64,000 bases of DNA from an uncultured cyanobacterium. Lineage in GTDB: Bacteria; Cyanobacteriota; Cyanobacteriia; Phormidesmidales; Phormidesmidaceae. The stretch spans positions 1,728,001 through 1,792,000 of the forward strand of contig CAWBZI010000001.1 in the NCBI GenBank assembly GCA_963793265.1, written 5' to 3'. Within the stretch, counting starts at the first letter, position 1. Every line of letters begins with the position of its first letter. A program made the position numbers and the translations under genes. This document shows, in pieces, positions 10,754 through 20,019 of the stretch. The notes under the pieces were generated by a model. That model was not told the DNA's origin. It saw only the letters and a list, made by a program, of their open reading frames with translations, and made no database searches.

Positions 10754-11692
10754 CTAATCAGACGTACCACTTTCGACGGGATTACCACCGTTAGCTACAC
10801 TAAGCTGCCTTTGCCCGCTTTTATCCTCAGCTGGCAAATAGTCGTCGTATTTATCTTGATCGAAGTGGTAAACGGTGTGAATAGGATATGGAATATTGAT
10901 GTTCGCCTCATCGCAAGCCTGCTTGAGCGCAAGCATCATCTGCGTTTGTATGCGGCGAACGGACTTTTGTTCGGGGTGAGTCCAATAGCGCACGACCATG
11001 TTAATAGCACTATCTCCAAAGCCAGTAATGTCTACTTCTACTGAAGGACTCGGATATACTTCTGAAACTGTCTTAGCCGCATCTGTAAGGGTTTTTACGG
11101 CCATAGGTAGCGGCGTGTTGTAGTCTACGCCGATGGCCAGATCGGTGCGACGCTGCGGCTTGCCGGTCATCACTTTGATAGGGCTAGTAAATACGATGGA
11201 GTTGGGCACAACGACCAGTACGCCCTGATACGTACGAATCTGGGTAGAGCGCAGGGCAATTTCTTCGACGGTGCCTTCGTATTCACCGACGACAATTTGA
11301 TCGCCCAAAGAAAAAGGCTCTTGCAGTAAGAGCAAGATGCCCGCCAGAAAGTTTTTGAAGATGTCTTGAAAGGCAAAACCGATGGCTACTGAACCTAGCC
11401 CTAGCAGGCCAATGATGTCTGCAAATCCAAGGTCTTGAAAGGCCAGCGTACAGGCAAATAAAATGCCCAGTACCCAGGTTGCAGCAAAGCTTGTTTGGGT
11501 GAGTAAAGACTGTAGCGAAAGACTCTTTAGCGTTTTGACAGATACTTTGCGAACCACTCTGCGAACCAGGTTCGCGGCTGTGCGGGTAAGGGCTAAAACG
11601 ATAATTGCAAAAACAATGCCGGGCAAGAGCGCAATGCCATCGCCTGCTAGTTCAACTAATCTACCCTGAACCTCTTTTGCTAATGCTTCCAT
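10754..11692 (-). CDS. Small-conductance mechanosensitive channel (MscS family)
   Basis: GLGSVAIGFAFQDIFKNFLAG, PF.LGD.I, VPNS, IPYP. Confidence 0.93.
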   Translation of the reverse strand: MEALAKEVQGRLVELAGDGIALLPGIVFAIIVLALTRTAANLVRRVVRKVSVKTLKSLSLQSLLTQTSFAATWVLGILFACTLAFQDLGFADIIGLLGLGSVAIGFAFQDIFKNFLAGILLLLQEPFSLGDQIVVGEYEGTVEEIALRSTQIRTYQGVLVVVPNSIVFTSPIKVMTGKPQRRTDLAIGVDYNTPLPMAVKTLTDAAKTVSEVYPSPSVEVDITGFGDSAINMVVRYWTHPEQKSVRRIQTQMMLALKQACDEANINIPYPIHTVYHFDQDKYDDYLPAEDKSGQRQLSVANGGNPVESGTSD

Positions 11693-11833
11693 AGATGTCG
11701 TTTGTTTTAAGCCTTTTGTTTCCGTCTTTCGGACGTTTGCAAATAAGCCCCAATAAGGTGTGGGCTATTTTATAGTAGGTCACCTAAGTCGATGAGCTAT
11801 TAGAGAATAGGCCACACCCATAACCTTATAGCC

Positions 11834-11882
11834 AATAGAGGTCAGCAAATCAATAAGTTGCGATTTGCTGACCTCTATTTTT
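11834..11882. repeat. 18-bp inverted repeat (terminator-like, T run on + strand)
   Basis: AATAGAGGTCAGCAAATC-10nt-GATTTGCTGACCTCTATT then TTT. Confidence 0.8.
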
Positions 11883-11897
11883 AGATAGGATATTGCT

Positions 11898-11949
11898 CCA
11901 GGTGCTATCGCCAAGTGCTATCGCCAGGTGCTATCGCCAGGTGCGATCG
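11898..11949. repeat. Tandem 13-bp repeat x4
   Basis: CCAGGTGCTATCG / CCAAGTGCTATCG / CCAGGTGCTATCG / CCAGGTGCGATCG, overlapping the stop of the 11931-12221 gene. Confidence 0.9.
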
Positions 11950-12221
11950 CCTTCTTCATTCACACGCGCCTGTCGAATAACATCAGAAATTTCCTCTGCG
12001 TCCTTGACGTGGTGCAGCGCTTCTTTCTCACCGTCTTCGCCTTCTACTGTGAAATAGGTAGGCACTTCAATCGGGTTGCCGAGCGCATCTTCATAGGCGA
12101 CCGCCGTCTTCTCACCCTTTTCTTCGACTGAAGCGTCAGGCGACATTTCCTTATCGCCAGGGTTGATATTATCTGTACCCGCTTCGTTAGGCTCTCTTGG
12201 ATCGGTATTTTCTTTTGTCAT
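11931..12221 (-). CDS. Small acidic hypothetical protein
   Basis: 96-aa ORF starting 6 nt after the DUF2267 gene; GAGG upstream; hydrophilic. Confidence 0.7.
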   Translation of the reverse strand: MTKENTDPREPNEAGTDNINPGDKEMSPDASVEEKGEKTAVAYEDALGNPIEVPTYFTVEGEDGEKEALHHVKDAEEISDVIRQARVNEEGDRTWR

Positions 12222-12227
12222 GGCTGC

Positions 12228-13016
12228 TTATGCTTCCTCCCATAGTTTACGAATCTTGCCAGGCATTGCCTCAGCAATCTCAGCAATGCGTTCTTCAGAC
12301 AGCTCTTCTTTAGTAGCGCCAAAGACTGCTTTTACAACTGTGTTGGGGCCGGTCGTCTTAGGCAGGCCACCTTCTCTTTCAACTCTAAAAAGAAAGGTGT
12401 CATCGTCAAAGTTAAGCGCAGGGCGAACTTTGCTCAAAAACCTCACTAGCGGATTAGAGTCCTTCCACAGATCGGAAATTTCTTCTTTCACTGCTTTTTT
12501 GTCGGTATGCAGGGCTTCGGCGTGCAGCTCGTTTGCAACGTTCTGAGTCGCTTCGTTCGTCATCAAATCGCGCATCGTTCTAAAGACAACTTCAGTGATG
12601 TCGCGAGCGTCGTAAATGTCTTCGATATGCCCTTTCAGCATGACCTTGTTAAGGAAGTCCATGTCCTTAGTAGCAATCGGCGTGCTCGGCCCTTCTCTCA
12701 GCTCTGTCGGCGGGTTAGCGCTCATCGTTTTGAGCAGTTCTTTGCCGCTATCGGTGAGTTCTACAGCATGTAGCTCTACGTTATCAGGCAGAGGGTTGGG
12801 GCCAACGTTAGCGTAGGCGTCGCCGTCAAAATCGGCTCTGATGTAGCCTTTTTGATTGAGGTAGTCGAGGTGGGCTAAGATCTCGGTATGATTGGTGTTG
12901 CGGCCTGTAAAGTCGGTAGCTGCTAAATTTAGCGGCTGAGGTTCTTTCGACTCGGGGCGATCGCCCATCTTTTTAAGTAAGATATATGCGATATCTTCTT
13001 TTAATTCTATTGTCAT
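12228..13016 (-). CDS. DUF2267 domain protein with N-terminal winged-helix-like region
   Basis: FLNKVM...ARDITEVVFRTMRD...VVKAVFGATKEELSEERIAEIA..MPG.IR.LW; AGGAG RBS. Confidence 0.75.
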   Translation of the reverse strand: MTIELKEDIAYILLKKMGDRPESKEPQPLNLAATDFTGRNTNHTEILAHLDYLNQKGYIRADFDGDAYANVGPNPLPDNVELHAVELTDSGKELLKTMSANPPTELREGPSTPIATKDMDFLNKVMLKGHIEDIYDARDITEVVFRTMRDLMTNEATQNVANELHAEALHTDKKAVKEEISDLWKDSNPLVRFLSKVRPALNFDDDTFLFRVEREGGLPKTTGPNTVVKAVFGATKEELSEERIAEIAEAMPGKIRKLWEEA

Positions 13017-13191
13017 AAAAGTCTCCTAAAAACTTATTAATTCAATAGTACGAGGGAGGGCTTTCGGTGCTAGTCAACCTCAAGAGATAAAAGATTCACG
13101 AGTGTCCATACCTTTCGATATAGATCTTTAGTATAGGGTTTGGTACAAGTGTTTCTTTGGCAAGAACACAGAAAACGACACGACTTTCTGG

Positions 13192-13596
13192 CTATACGAC
13201 TTTTTTGAGCTTAGGAATAGCCTCTGGGTTACGAACCGCAGGCGCTGCTGAGAGCACAGCGATAATTCCCGTACGACCTGTCTCCAGCGTGGCACCGCTC
13301 AGTATATCCATCACGTCTACCTCTAAAATTGTCTTTATCAAAGATCTAATCTGCGGCTCCATGGCTACGTTCAAATCGGAGCGTACCTGCTCAGCGAGCG
13401 CTACTTGCCCTTCTTCTGCCAGCAGTTTTTCTGGCTGCGTTACCGAGTCTTCTAACACAATCGCTAGCTTTGCTCCAAATAGCTGACAGGTTACCTTACT
13501 TGGCTGATGGCCCAAATGCGTTTTGTAGAGCGATTGCAGCTTTTGTGAAACCTCACGCTCTAGCTGTCCAACCGTTCGCTGTTGCGTATTTTCCAT
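13192..13596 (-). CDS. DUF2294 (MpsC-like) protein
   Basis: TVGQLEREVSQ..Y..LGHQPSKVTC, LEDSVTQPEKLL, V.DILS..TLETGRTGII. Confidence 0.82.
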   Translation of the reverse strand: MENTQQRTVGQLEREVSQKLQSLYKTHLGHQPSKVTCQLFGAKLAIVLEDSVTQPEKLLAEEGQVALAEQVRSDLNVAMEPQIRSLIKTILEVDVMDILSGATLETGRTGIIAVLSAAPAVRNPEAIPKLKKVV

Positions 13597-13946
13597 ATCC
13601 GCGCTTAACTCCTTTCTCCGTATCTAAGCGAGCCTTCCCCATGCAAAAGATCAGTAAAAGTGGGGTGTAGCTCAAGTTGTAGAAAATTCTGCCTATAAAA
13701 TCAAACGCTTATGAAGACAGGATTAATAAAAATTAGACTTAAAATAGCGCTGTCTTGGCACTGAAGCTTGAAGCTTAAACGATAGCTGAAAGCGTTACTC
13801 TTTTGCCAACATAAAAAGATGGAGAAAGGTAAATTGGTCGATCTCTCTCCAAAGATGTCTTTCGATCTGTCGAGGGGTGGATATGGCATGTAGCAGTTGG
13901 GAGGTTGTATGGGGAGGTAATGTGTAATTTAAGGAGAGAAACCGGG

Positions 13947-14597
13947 ATGATCAAGTTCGACCCGCGCAAACAGAGCCTACAGCAACGGATTAAGCGAGTT
14001 GCCGTTCGTATGGCCTGTTTTCTGATGGTGAGTGCTGCTGTTTTTGGTGGTGCTGGCATTACTGCTGGAATGCCGAGTGCGCTGGCAGTTGGATCTGAAG
14101 CGGCTGGCGAAGTTGTGAACGAAAGAGCGGCGGCTGAGCTAGATAGAATGGCTGGCGCTGGTACGAGTGATAAGCTAAGCGGCGTTGTTGACGAAACGGT
14201 TGGCAAAGCGAAGCGTGGCGTAGCTGATATAAAGGACACGCTAGATATTGATACCACAGGCGCTAAGTTAGAAGGCGCGGCTGATGAACTTAAAGGCAAG
14301 GCAAAGCGCGGCGCGGCTAAAGTAGGCGATGCTTTGGATGCAGATACGCTAGGCACTAAAATAGACGGTGCTACCGATGAGCTTGCAGGTAAGGCAAAGC
14401 AGACAGGCGCAAAGATAGGCGATGCCTTGAGCGCTGACACCAGTGTGACCGACAAAATGGATGGCGCTACCGATGAGCTTGCAGGCAAAGCAAAGCGTGG
14501 GCTAGGTGAAGCAAAGTCTACGGCTGCTGATATTGGTGACGATGTTGAAGATAGTGCCGGTGGCTTTCTTCAGTCTGTCAAAGACTTCTTCAACTAA
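13947..14597 (+). CDS. Exported CsbD/LEA-like repeat protein
   Basis: Signal-like N-terminus (PSALA); ~30-aa repeats such as K.DGA.DEL.GKAK; AAGGAG RBS. Confidence 0.75.
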   Translation: MIKFDPRKQSLQQRIKRVAVRMACFLMVSAAVFGGAGITAGMPSALAVGSEAAGEVVNERAAAELDRMAGAGTSDKLSGVVDETVGKAKRGVADIKDTLDIDTTGAKLEGAADELKGKAKRGAAKVGDALDADTLGTKIDGATDELAGKAKQTGAKIGDALSADTSVTDKMDGATDELAGKAKRGLGEAKSTAADIGDDVEDSAGGFLQSVKDFFN

Positions 14598-14695
14598 ATC
14601 CTTGGTTTAGTGAAGTCGTAAGCAGGGAGCGTATGTGCCTTACGCCCCTCACAAGTTTCAAGAGTTCAAGTTTAATTAAAAGAGAGGATTCCCTC

Positions 14696-15061
14696 ATGAA
14701 AAACGTTCGTAATTACCTGGCTACGCTAGCAGCGGCTGTTCGTCCTTTGATGATTGCTGCTGCCTGTGCGCTGCTGATTTTTTCTAGCGCTGCCCCTGCG
14801 TTGGCCTTCGGTAAAAGTGACTCCAAGCCTTCTGACGGTGTAGTTGAGCTAGATTCTGTACAAAATCAGTCTGAGCGGGCGATCGCTGGCCCTAAAGGCG
14901 GTGTTTTGGGTAACCCTGAAGCCGTTAAAGAAAACGCTCAAAAAGGTCTAAACGGTATTCAAGGAACGGCTGATGTAGACAACATGAGCAGACCTAGCAA
15001 CGCCAAAGGCGAAACCGTTGAAAGCAAGATTAAGGATGCGTTAGAGAAAGTTACGCCTTAG
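14696..15061 (+). CDS. Exported hydrophilic hypothetical protein (cyanobacterial stress-protein-like)
   Basis: Signal peptide ending APALA; GLNGIQGTADVDNM; GAGG RBS. Confidence 0.7.
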   Translation: MKNVRNYLATLAAAVRPLMIAAACALLIFSSAAPALAFGKSDSKPSDGVVELDSVQNQSERAIAGPKGGVLGNPEAVKENAQKGLNGIQGTADVDNMSRPSNAKGETVESKIKDALEKVTP

Positions 15062-15167
15062 TAACGCTGTCTTTCAGCAGTTTTATAGTTCAGACCTTTA
15101 CAGTTCAGACCTATACAGTCCAATAGCTAAATAGCTTTTTCGCCCTGTTTCGATAAAGTATTAGCTG

Positions 15168-15209
15168 TAGCCCTCCTAGCGGATAAACCCGTAGGAGGGC
15201 TATCTTTTT
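15168..15209 (+). terminator. Intrinsic terminator
   Basis: TAGCCCTCCTA...TAGGAGGGCTA followed by TCTTTTT. Confidence 0.75.
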
Positions 15210-15349
15210 CTATCTATCTATAGGCCGACCCCTGGGCGAATGTTCTCACAAATACCTCTCCCCTTAGATAGAGCTTGCGAGGATATTTTTCCTTGTACGG
15301 TAAGGCGGCGTAATAGATGAATATCAAGGGTTTTTGTAGGGTTATAGGT

Positions 15350-16351
15350 ATGGGAGAGAACGTTTCTTTATCGGCGGCGACTGAGAAGATCACCAGCATG
15401 GTGCAAGGAGCGATCGCGCTTCTCCCTAATATCGTTATTGGCCTAGTTGTCATCATCCTGTTTTGGATAATTGGCAGCATTGTTCGCCGCGTCGTGCGTA
15501 AGCAAACGCGCAATAGAGATACGCGCAACGTGGGTTTGGTTGTCGGCAGGCTAGCCAGAGGCGTGCTGATCATACTGGGCTTTTTGATTGCTGCGACCAT
15601 CATTTTTCCTAGCTTTAATCCAGCCGATGCCCTTGCTACGTTAGGCATTGGTGGTGTTGCCATTGGTTTTGCCTTTAAAGATATTCTGCAAAACTTTTTA
15701 GCGGGCATTTTGATTCTGCTGACTGAGCCTTTCAAGCTTGACGATCAAATCATTTTCAAGGACTACGAAGGTACGGTAGAGCATATTGAAACCAGGGCGA
15801 CGACCGTTCGCACCTATGATGGACGGCGGGTCGTGATTCCAAACGCCGAGCTATTTACCAATGCAGTCACCGTCAATACTGCCTACGATCGCCGCCGCCT
15901 GCAATACGACATTGGTATTGGCTACGGTGATGATATTGCCCAAGCCAAAAAGATTATTTTAGAGGTGCTCGGCAGTCGTGAAGACGTGCTCAAAGACCCT
16001 AATCCAGAGGCGTTGGTGGTGGACTTAGCCGATAGCACCATTAATATTCGTGCGCGCTGGTGGATCGATCCGCCACGTAGAGCCGATGCCGTGGCTTCGA
16101 TGGACTGGGTGCTGGAAAATATTTGTAATGAGCTGGTGGCCGCTGGAATTGATTTGCCTTTCCCTACACAGCAAATACTCTTTCACGATCAGACCGAAGA
16201 AACCGATGGCAACCGTGCCAAGCAAAGAGAAGGCTGGCCTGTGGCCCCTGGGCAGGAGCCGCCTAGAGCCCTCAATCTATCTCGATCTATGCTGACGATG
16301 GTGAAGCAGCGCAATCAGAACAGCGCCCAGAACGGCACTTCAAAAGACTAA
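15350..16351 (+). CDS. MscS family mechanosensitive channel
   Basis: LGIGGVAIGFAFKDILQNFLAG, IPNA, DLPFP. Confidence 0.93.
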   Translation: MGENVSLSAATEKITSMVQGAIALLPNIVIGLVVIILFWIIGSIVRRVVRKQTRNRDTRNVGLVVGRLARGVLIILGFLIAATIIFPSFNPADALATLGIGGVAIGFAFKDILQNFLAGILILLTEPFKLDDQIIFKDYEGTVEHIETRATTVRTYDGRRVVIPNAELFTNAVTVNTAYDRRRLQYDIGIGYGDDIAQAKKIILEVLGSREDVLKDPNPEALVVDLADSTINIRARWWIDPPRRADAVASMDWVLENICNELVAAGIDLPFPTQQILFHDQTEETDGNRAKQREGWPVAPGQEPPRALNLSRSMLTMVKQRNQNSAQNGTSKD

Positions 16352-16361
16352 AGCCTGATGT

Positions 16362-17891
16362 ATGGCCACTAAACTCTCAAGATTTAAAGACTGGCTGCTA
16401 AACAAGCGCCAGTTTCGGGTGGCGTGGTTTGCCAAAGATGCCAATCAAAAGCCAGAACCTGAAGAAGCGCTCTCACAGCTTCCTGATGATATGGCTGATG
16501 AGCTAATGGCAGCGCTCAATGATTTGCCCATTCATCCCAAAGAGAAAGAGACGGTTTTAGACGCGCTAGATGAGGCGATTACGCAGTGGCGAAAGCATCC
16601 TCATTTGGCTAGCAACTCGGTGGTGGTACTCTCTCATCCGGTGTCATCAGTGGCGCGTATCCTCACCGAAAGTCTGCACGAGCTGCGGATACACAAAGAC
16701 AACCCGCTCGATGTTAGATTGCTTGACTGGGTGGAGCGCCCGCCTGACTCGGGCAGCATTAAACAGCAAATAAAAGAGAAGCTGGAATGGGACGAGGAAG
16801 ATTTGCCCGAAGACATTGAGACGGGTGAGCGGCGCGATAAAAGCGTGGGGGACTCTGATGAGCGAGACGATAGATCTGCCGATAAGCGCAAGACCCTGGC
16901 GGTGATTCCTAACATGTGCTGGTGCTTTTTGCGCAGTGCAGATGGGCTTGAGGGGGTGGACTATTTGCAAGAGACTTTGCTGAGCGATCGCAACCAGTTT
17001 TGGGCGATTGGCACAGGTCAGGTGGGCTGGGAATATTTAAAGTCAACGCTGAAATTTCATGCCTATTGTGGTGAAACTATAGCGCTGAAGCCGTTAACGG
17101 GTGAAGAGATAGAAGACTGGCTGAAGCCTGTGATTGATAAGTTTGAGATTCAGTTTACAGATGCGGCGATTCATAAGCGATTAACCGATCCAAATACGCT
17201 ATTGGATTTAGATATTTCGTCTGGAAATCCGATAGAGGCAGTTTCTGAGATTACGCAAGAAGTCTCTGCAACCGTGCAGTCTTCTGTAAGAGCTGCTAAA
17301 GACAAGCTACTCTCAGATTATGAGAAAAAAGAATCGAAAGATGCCGATACTAGCCCCAGAAAAGAGTACTTTGAGCGGCTAGCAGATATGTCGGATGGCG
17401 TCAGCGTGGTTGCTTTGCAGCTATTTGTAAAATCGCTGAGATACCGAGAAGTTTTAGAAGACGTTTTGAAAAAAGAGCCAGAAGGCGGCATTCAAGGTCA
17501 TTTGCCAAAACCGCCTACAGATACGCCTAAGACAGATCAGTCCTCTGTAGCGCGTGAGGCAGAAGATCAGACAGATAAAGAGGAACCTGATCCTGAAAAA
17601 GAGCCAGAAAAAGAGATTATTGCAGTAATGCCCAAGCTTGCACCTTTACCTGAGCTGAGCCAAAGCGACTTATACCTGCTTTATTCACTCATGCTGCATG
17701 GAGACTTGACTATCAAAGCGCTTGCTAAGAGCTTAGGCGATGCGCCTCAGGTGGTTAACAATCAGGTGCAGATGTTGCGAAATGCGGGTGTAATTGAGCA
17801 GAAGAACGGTGTGATTAAGACGAATCCCGTACACTATCCCAAGCTGCGACGAGAACTTTCTAGGAACAACTTTATTATTGAGGTGCCCTAA
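16362..17891 (+). CDS. Hypothetical protein: putative degenerate P-loop/AAA-like region plus C-terminal winged HTH
   Basis: C-terminal LLYSLMLHGDLTIKALAKSLG...VQMLRNAGVI is wHTH-like; lies between two mscS genes with 10-14 nt gaps. Confidence 0.6.
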   Translation: MATKLSRFKDWLLNKRQFRVAWFAKDANQKPEPEEALSQLPDDMADELMAALNDLPIHPKEKETVLDALDEAITQWRKHPHLASNSVVVLSHPVSSVARILTESLHELRIHKDNPLDVRLLDWVERPPDSGSIKQQIKEKLEWDEEDLPEDIETGERRDKSVGDSDERDDRSADKRKTLAVIPNMCWCFLRSADGLEGVDYLQETLLSDRNQFWAIGTGQVGWEYLKSTLKFHAYCGETIALKPLTGEEIEDWLKPVIDKFEIQFTDAAIHKRLTDPNTLLDLDISSGNPIEAVSEITQEVSATVQSSVRAAKDKLLSDYEKKESKDADTSPRKEYFERLADMSDGVSVVALQLFVKSLRYREVLEDVLKKEPEGGIQGHLPKPPTDTPKTDQSSVAREAEDQTDKEEPDPEKEPEKEIIAVMPKLAPLPELSQSDLYLLYSLMLHGDLTIKALAKSLGDAPQVVNNQVQMLRNAGVIEQKNGVIKTNPVHYPKLRRELSRNNFIIEVP

Positions 17892-17905
17892 GCGGGTATG
17901 CGCTC

Positions 17906-18832
17906 ATGATTAATTCTCAACTGTTGGGTTTGTCTTTGCTGGCGCAGTCGGCTGGAAAGTCGGCAAGAGATGCGGCAAAGGGGGCGGCTGAAAATGCCGG
18001 TAAGGCAGCGGGTGAGGCAGCGAGCGAAACCGCTAATCAGACCAAAGAACTGCTAACGAAGATTACCGGGCCTAAGATTATTCAGGCTTTGTTTATTGTG
18101 GTGACGGCCTATGCCATTATCAAGTCGGTGGACTGGCTAGTGATTACGGTTTCTGAAAAAGTGGCCCGTCACAACCGGCTGCGAATTAAGCAGTTTCAGC
18201 CCTTTGTACGGACACTGGTAATGACGATTACGGTGGTCATGCTGATGAACCTGTTCTTGAATCTTTCGAGAGAGAATGTGCTGGCGGTGACCGGTACGGT
18301 GGCGGTGGCTTTGGGCTTTGCTTTTAAGGACTACGCCAGCTCTGTGATCGCAGGCATTGTTGGTTTGTTTGAAGCGCCTTATCGGGTAGGCGATCGCATT
18401 GCCATTGCCGATGAATATGGCGAAGTTGTCAGCTACGGCCTGCGCGGCATTCGCATTCAAACGCCTGGTGACAATATTGTCACAGTGCCACACAGCTATA
18501 TTTGGACAAACTCGGTTTCTAACGCGAATATGGGCGAGCTAGAGGCGCAGGTGGTGACAGAGTTTTATATGGCGCATGAGGTGAACCCGGAGCAAGTAGA
18601 GAATATTTTGTATCGGATTGCCTATACGAGTAAGTACACGCATCTGAAGCTGCCGATTATTGTCGTGATGGCAGAGCATAGCTGGGGCTCTTTGTTTAAG
18701 CTGCGCTCGTATCCGTTAGATGCTCGTGATGAGTTTGCTTATAAGACGGACTTGACGGTGCGAGCAAAAAAGGAATTTGCAAAGCGCAATATGCCGTATC
18801 CCAGACGGTTTGATCTGGTGGATGCAGAGTAG
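17906..18832 (+). CDS. MscS family mechanosensitive channel
   Basis: VAVALGFAFKDYASSVIAG, PYRVGDRI, VTVPH. Confidence 0.9.
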   Translation: MINSQLLGLSLLAQSAGKSARDAAKGAAENAGKAAGEAASETANQTKELLTKITGPKIIQALFIVVTAYAIIKSVDWLVITVSEKVARHNRLRIKQFQPFVRTLVMTITVVMLMNLFLNLSRENVLAVTGTVAVALGFAFKDYASSVIAGIVGLFEAPYRVGDRIAIADEYGEVVSYGLRGIRIQTPGDNIVTVPHSYIWTNSVSNANMGELEAQVVTEFYMAHEVNPEQVENILYRIAYTSKYTHLKLPIIVVMAEHSWGSLFKLRSYPLDARDEFAYKTDLTVRAKKEFAKRNMPYPRRFDLVDAE

Positions 18833-18852
18833 GGGCGTAGGGGCGTAGGGTT

Positions 18853-20019
18853 CTAAAGAGGTAGTGCCACGGTAAACGTCGTGCCTTTATCTACTTCGCT
18901 ATGAACCGATATGGTGCCCTGGTGTCTATCAACGCACTGTTTAACAATGCTGAGGCCCAACCCAGTTCCGGGAGTAGAGCCAACGTTGCTAGCGCGGAAA
19001 AAGGTGTCGAACAAAGAGGCTTGTTCTTCAAGTGGAATGCCGCGCCCTTGGTCTACGACTTCAAACAAGAGCTGGTCTTTGGTTTGCTTAAGAGTGAGGG
19101 CGATCGCACCATCAGGCGGCGAATATTTCATCGCATTAGAAAGCAAGTTAGTCAAAATAGTATCCACTAGAGCAGTATCAATAGAAACCACATCAATGTC
19201 ATCTGGTACGCGCAGCTCAATCTCTTGAGCTACGCTGGTATCTCCAGCACTGCTCAGTTCCAGGTTATCAATCAGACTTTGACAATAGAGAGAGAGATCT
19301 ATCGGCGCTGGTGCGAAGTCTGACTTATTAAGCTCATGGCGGCTCAGCGTTAGCAGCTCGTCTAACAAGGCGATGAGCTTTCTCACCATTTTATTGATGC
19401 GCCTGAACATGTCTTGCTTTTTCTCTGGGCTCATGCGCTGTTCGCGGGTTTCTAACAGTTGCGCAATGCCTGAAATAACAGAGAGCGGGTTGCGAAACTC
19501 GTGAGAAACCACAGAGACAAAGCGTGATTTGAGCGCGTTCATTTCCTCCAAACGCTGGTTTTGCTCGTGGATTTGGAGGGATAGGTGGCGCGATCGCAGC
19601 AGTATAGAAATCCGAATATCCAGCTCATAGGGATCAACCGGCAGCGTTACCACATCATCAATCTGGTAGCGCATATCTGTGGGCATAACCGCTAGCGCAT
19701 TTTTAGGCACCAGCGCCAGCACAGGCAAAAATAGCGGCTCGATGCTCTGTCGCCATTCACGCAAAATAACCCAGTGGCGCTGTAGCTCAGAGGCGTCTAG
19801 AATTGCCAGATCAAACTCGCTGCTATCAATCTCCGCTAGGGGCAGCGCGCCCGGCTTTGGCAGCACAATCTCAAACTTAGACTCGAGCTTTTGTACGAGC
19901 AAGCGTCTGTTTTCACCCTCTTTTAAGAGCAGCAGCAGTCGGCGTTTTGTTTTCACAACATAAACAGAGGCAGGGGCTACAGAATAAGCCAGGGCAGGGG
20001 CTATAGATCCTTGATTCAT
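18853..20019 (-). CDS. Histidine kinase with N-terminal receiver-like domain
   Basis: SHEFRNPL H-box, NLLSNAMKY, DQGRGI, GTGLGL; start overlaps the stop of the KaiC-like gene. Confidence 0.92.
   Translation of the reverse strand: MNQGSIAPALAYSVAPASVYVVKTKRRLLLLLKEGENRRLLVQKLESKFEIVLPKPGALPLAEIDSSEFDLAILDASELQRHWVILREWRQSIEPLFLPVLALVPKNALAVMPTDMRYQIDDVVTLPVDPYELDIRISILLRSRHLSLQIHEQNQRLEEMNALKSRFVSVVSHEFRNPLSVISGIAQLLETREQRMSPEKKQDMFRRINKMVRKLIALLDELLTLSRHELNKSDFAPAPIDLSLYCQSLIDNLELSSAGDTSVAQEIELRVPDDIDVVSIDTALVDTILTNLLSNAMKYSPPDGAIALTLKQTKDQLLFEVVDQGRGIPLEEQASLFDTFFRASNVGSTPGTGLGLSIVKQCVDRHQGTISVHSEVDKGTTFTVALPL

Noticed and set aside
13775..14488. 237-aa minus-strand ORF with repeats
   Set aside because: Antisense shadow of the CsbD-like repeat gene, which has the RBS and signal peptide
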